Source: an uncultured SAR86 cluster bacterium (GTDB lineage Bacteria > Pseudomonadota > Gammaproteobacteria > Magnimaribacterales > AG-339-G14). Taken from it: a DNA stretch of 64,000 nt. Shown piece by piece: positions 64,000-64,000 of the stretch. Made by a program: the position numbers and the translations under genes. The notes beneath the pieces were generated by a model. It was not told the DNA's origin. It did no database searches and worked only from the letters and a program-made list of their open reading frames with translations. The stretch lies in assembly GCA_902578495.1 (NCBI GenBank), contig CACHCY010000002.1:66320-130319 (forward strand), read 5' to 3'. Position 1 is the stretch's first letter. Each line of letters begins with the position of its first letter.

Positions 64000-64000
64000 G

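Overview
This window is a very compact (roughly 95% coding), AT-rich stretch of a gammaproteobacterial chromosome. GC is mid-30s to low-40s % by eye. It spans the replication-origin neighbourhood.

Gene content, left to right:
- A complete aa3-type cytochrome c oxidase structural and assembly cluster on the minus strand: SCO1, ctaB, ctaA, an SCO-like gene, SURF1, DUF2909, coxC, ctaG, coxA, coxB.
- A housekeeping block: aroE, tsaC, purE, def, fmt, trkA, trkH, lpxL-like, glyQS, gmhB, plsC. From memory, its order and orientation mirror Pseudomonas aeruginosa PA0005-PA0025.
- A ~2.8 kb accessory insertion: psiE, a Coq4-like gene with a small partner, a small membrane protein and a secreted cyclase-like protein.
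- gyrB-recF-dnaN-dnaA on the minus strand.
- A 143-bp spacer packed with DnaA boxes.
- rpmH-rnpA-yidD-yidC-mnmE, a 266-bp gap, then mnmG-rsmG-parA-parB-atpBEFHAGDC-glmU-glmS, all on the plus strand.

The last ~19 kb (44.9-64 kb) is an accessory and catabolic region:
- It is rich in non-heme-iron oxygenases (IPNS-like 2OG oxygenase, cupin, PhyH-like, TauD-like), small membrane proteins and a long-form KASIII.
- It also carries phoA, rlmN, and a PhyH / acyl-CoA ligase / cytochrome b561 operon.
- A minimal MGMT gene overlaps a photolyase-like gene whose domain order appears unusual.

I could not find any tRNA, rRNA, CRISPR array, transposase, integrase or phage genes. I see no clearly defined novel multi-gene system. 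The most promising leads are the photolyase-like architecture, the Coq4-like two-gene module, the in-situ GlyRS type replacement, the PhyH operon and the two candidate origin regions. All family calls rest on motif recognition by eye, not on database searches.
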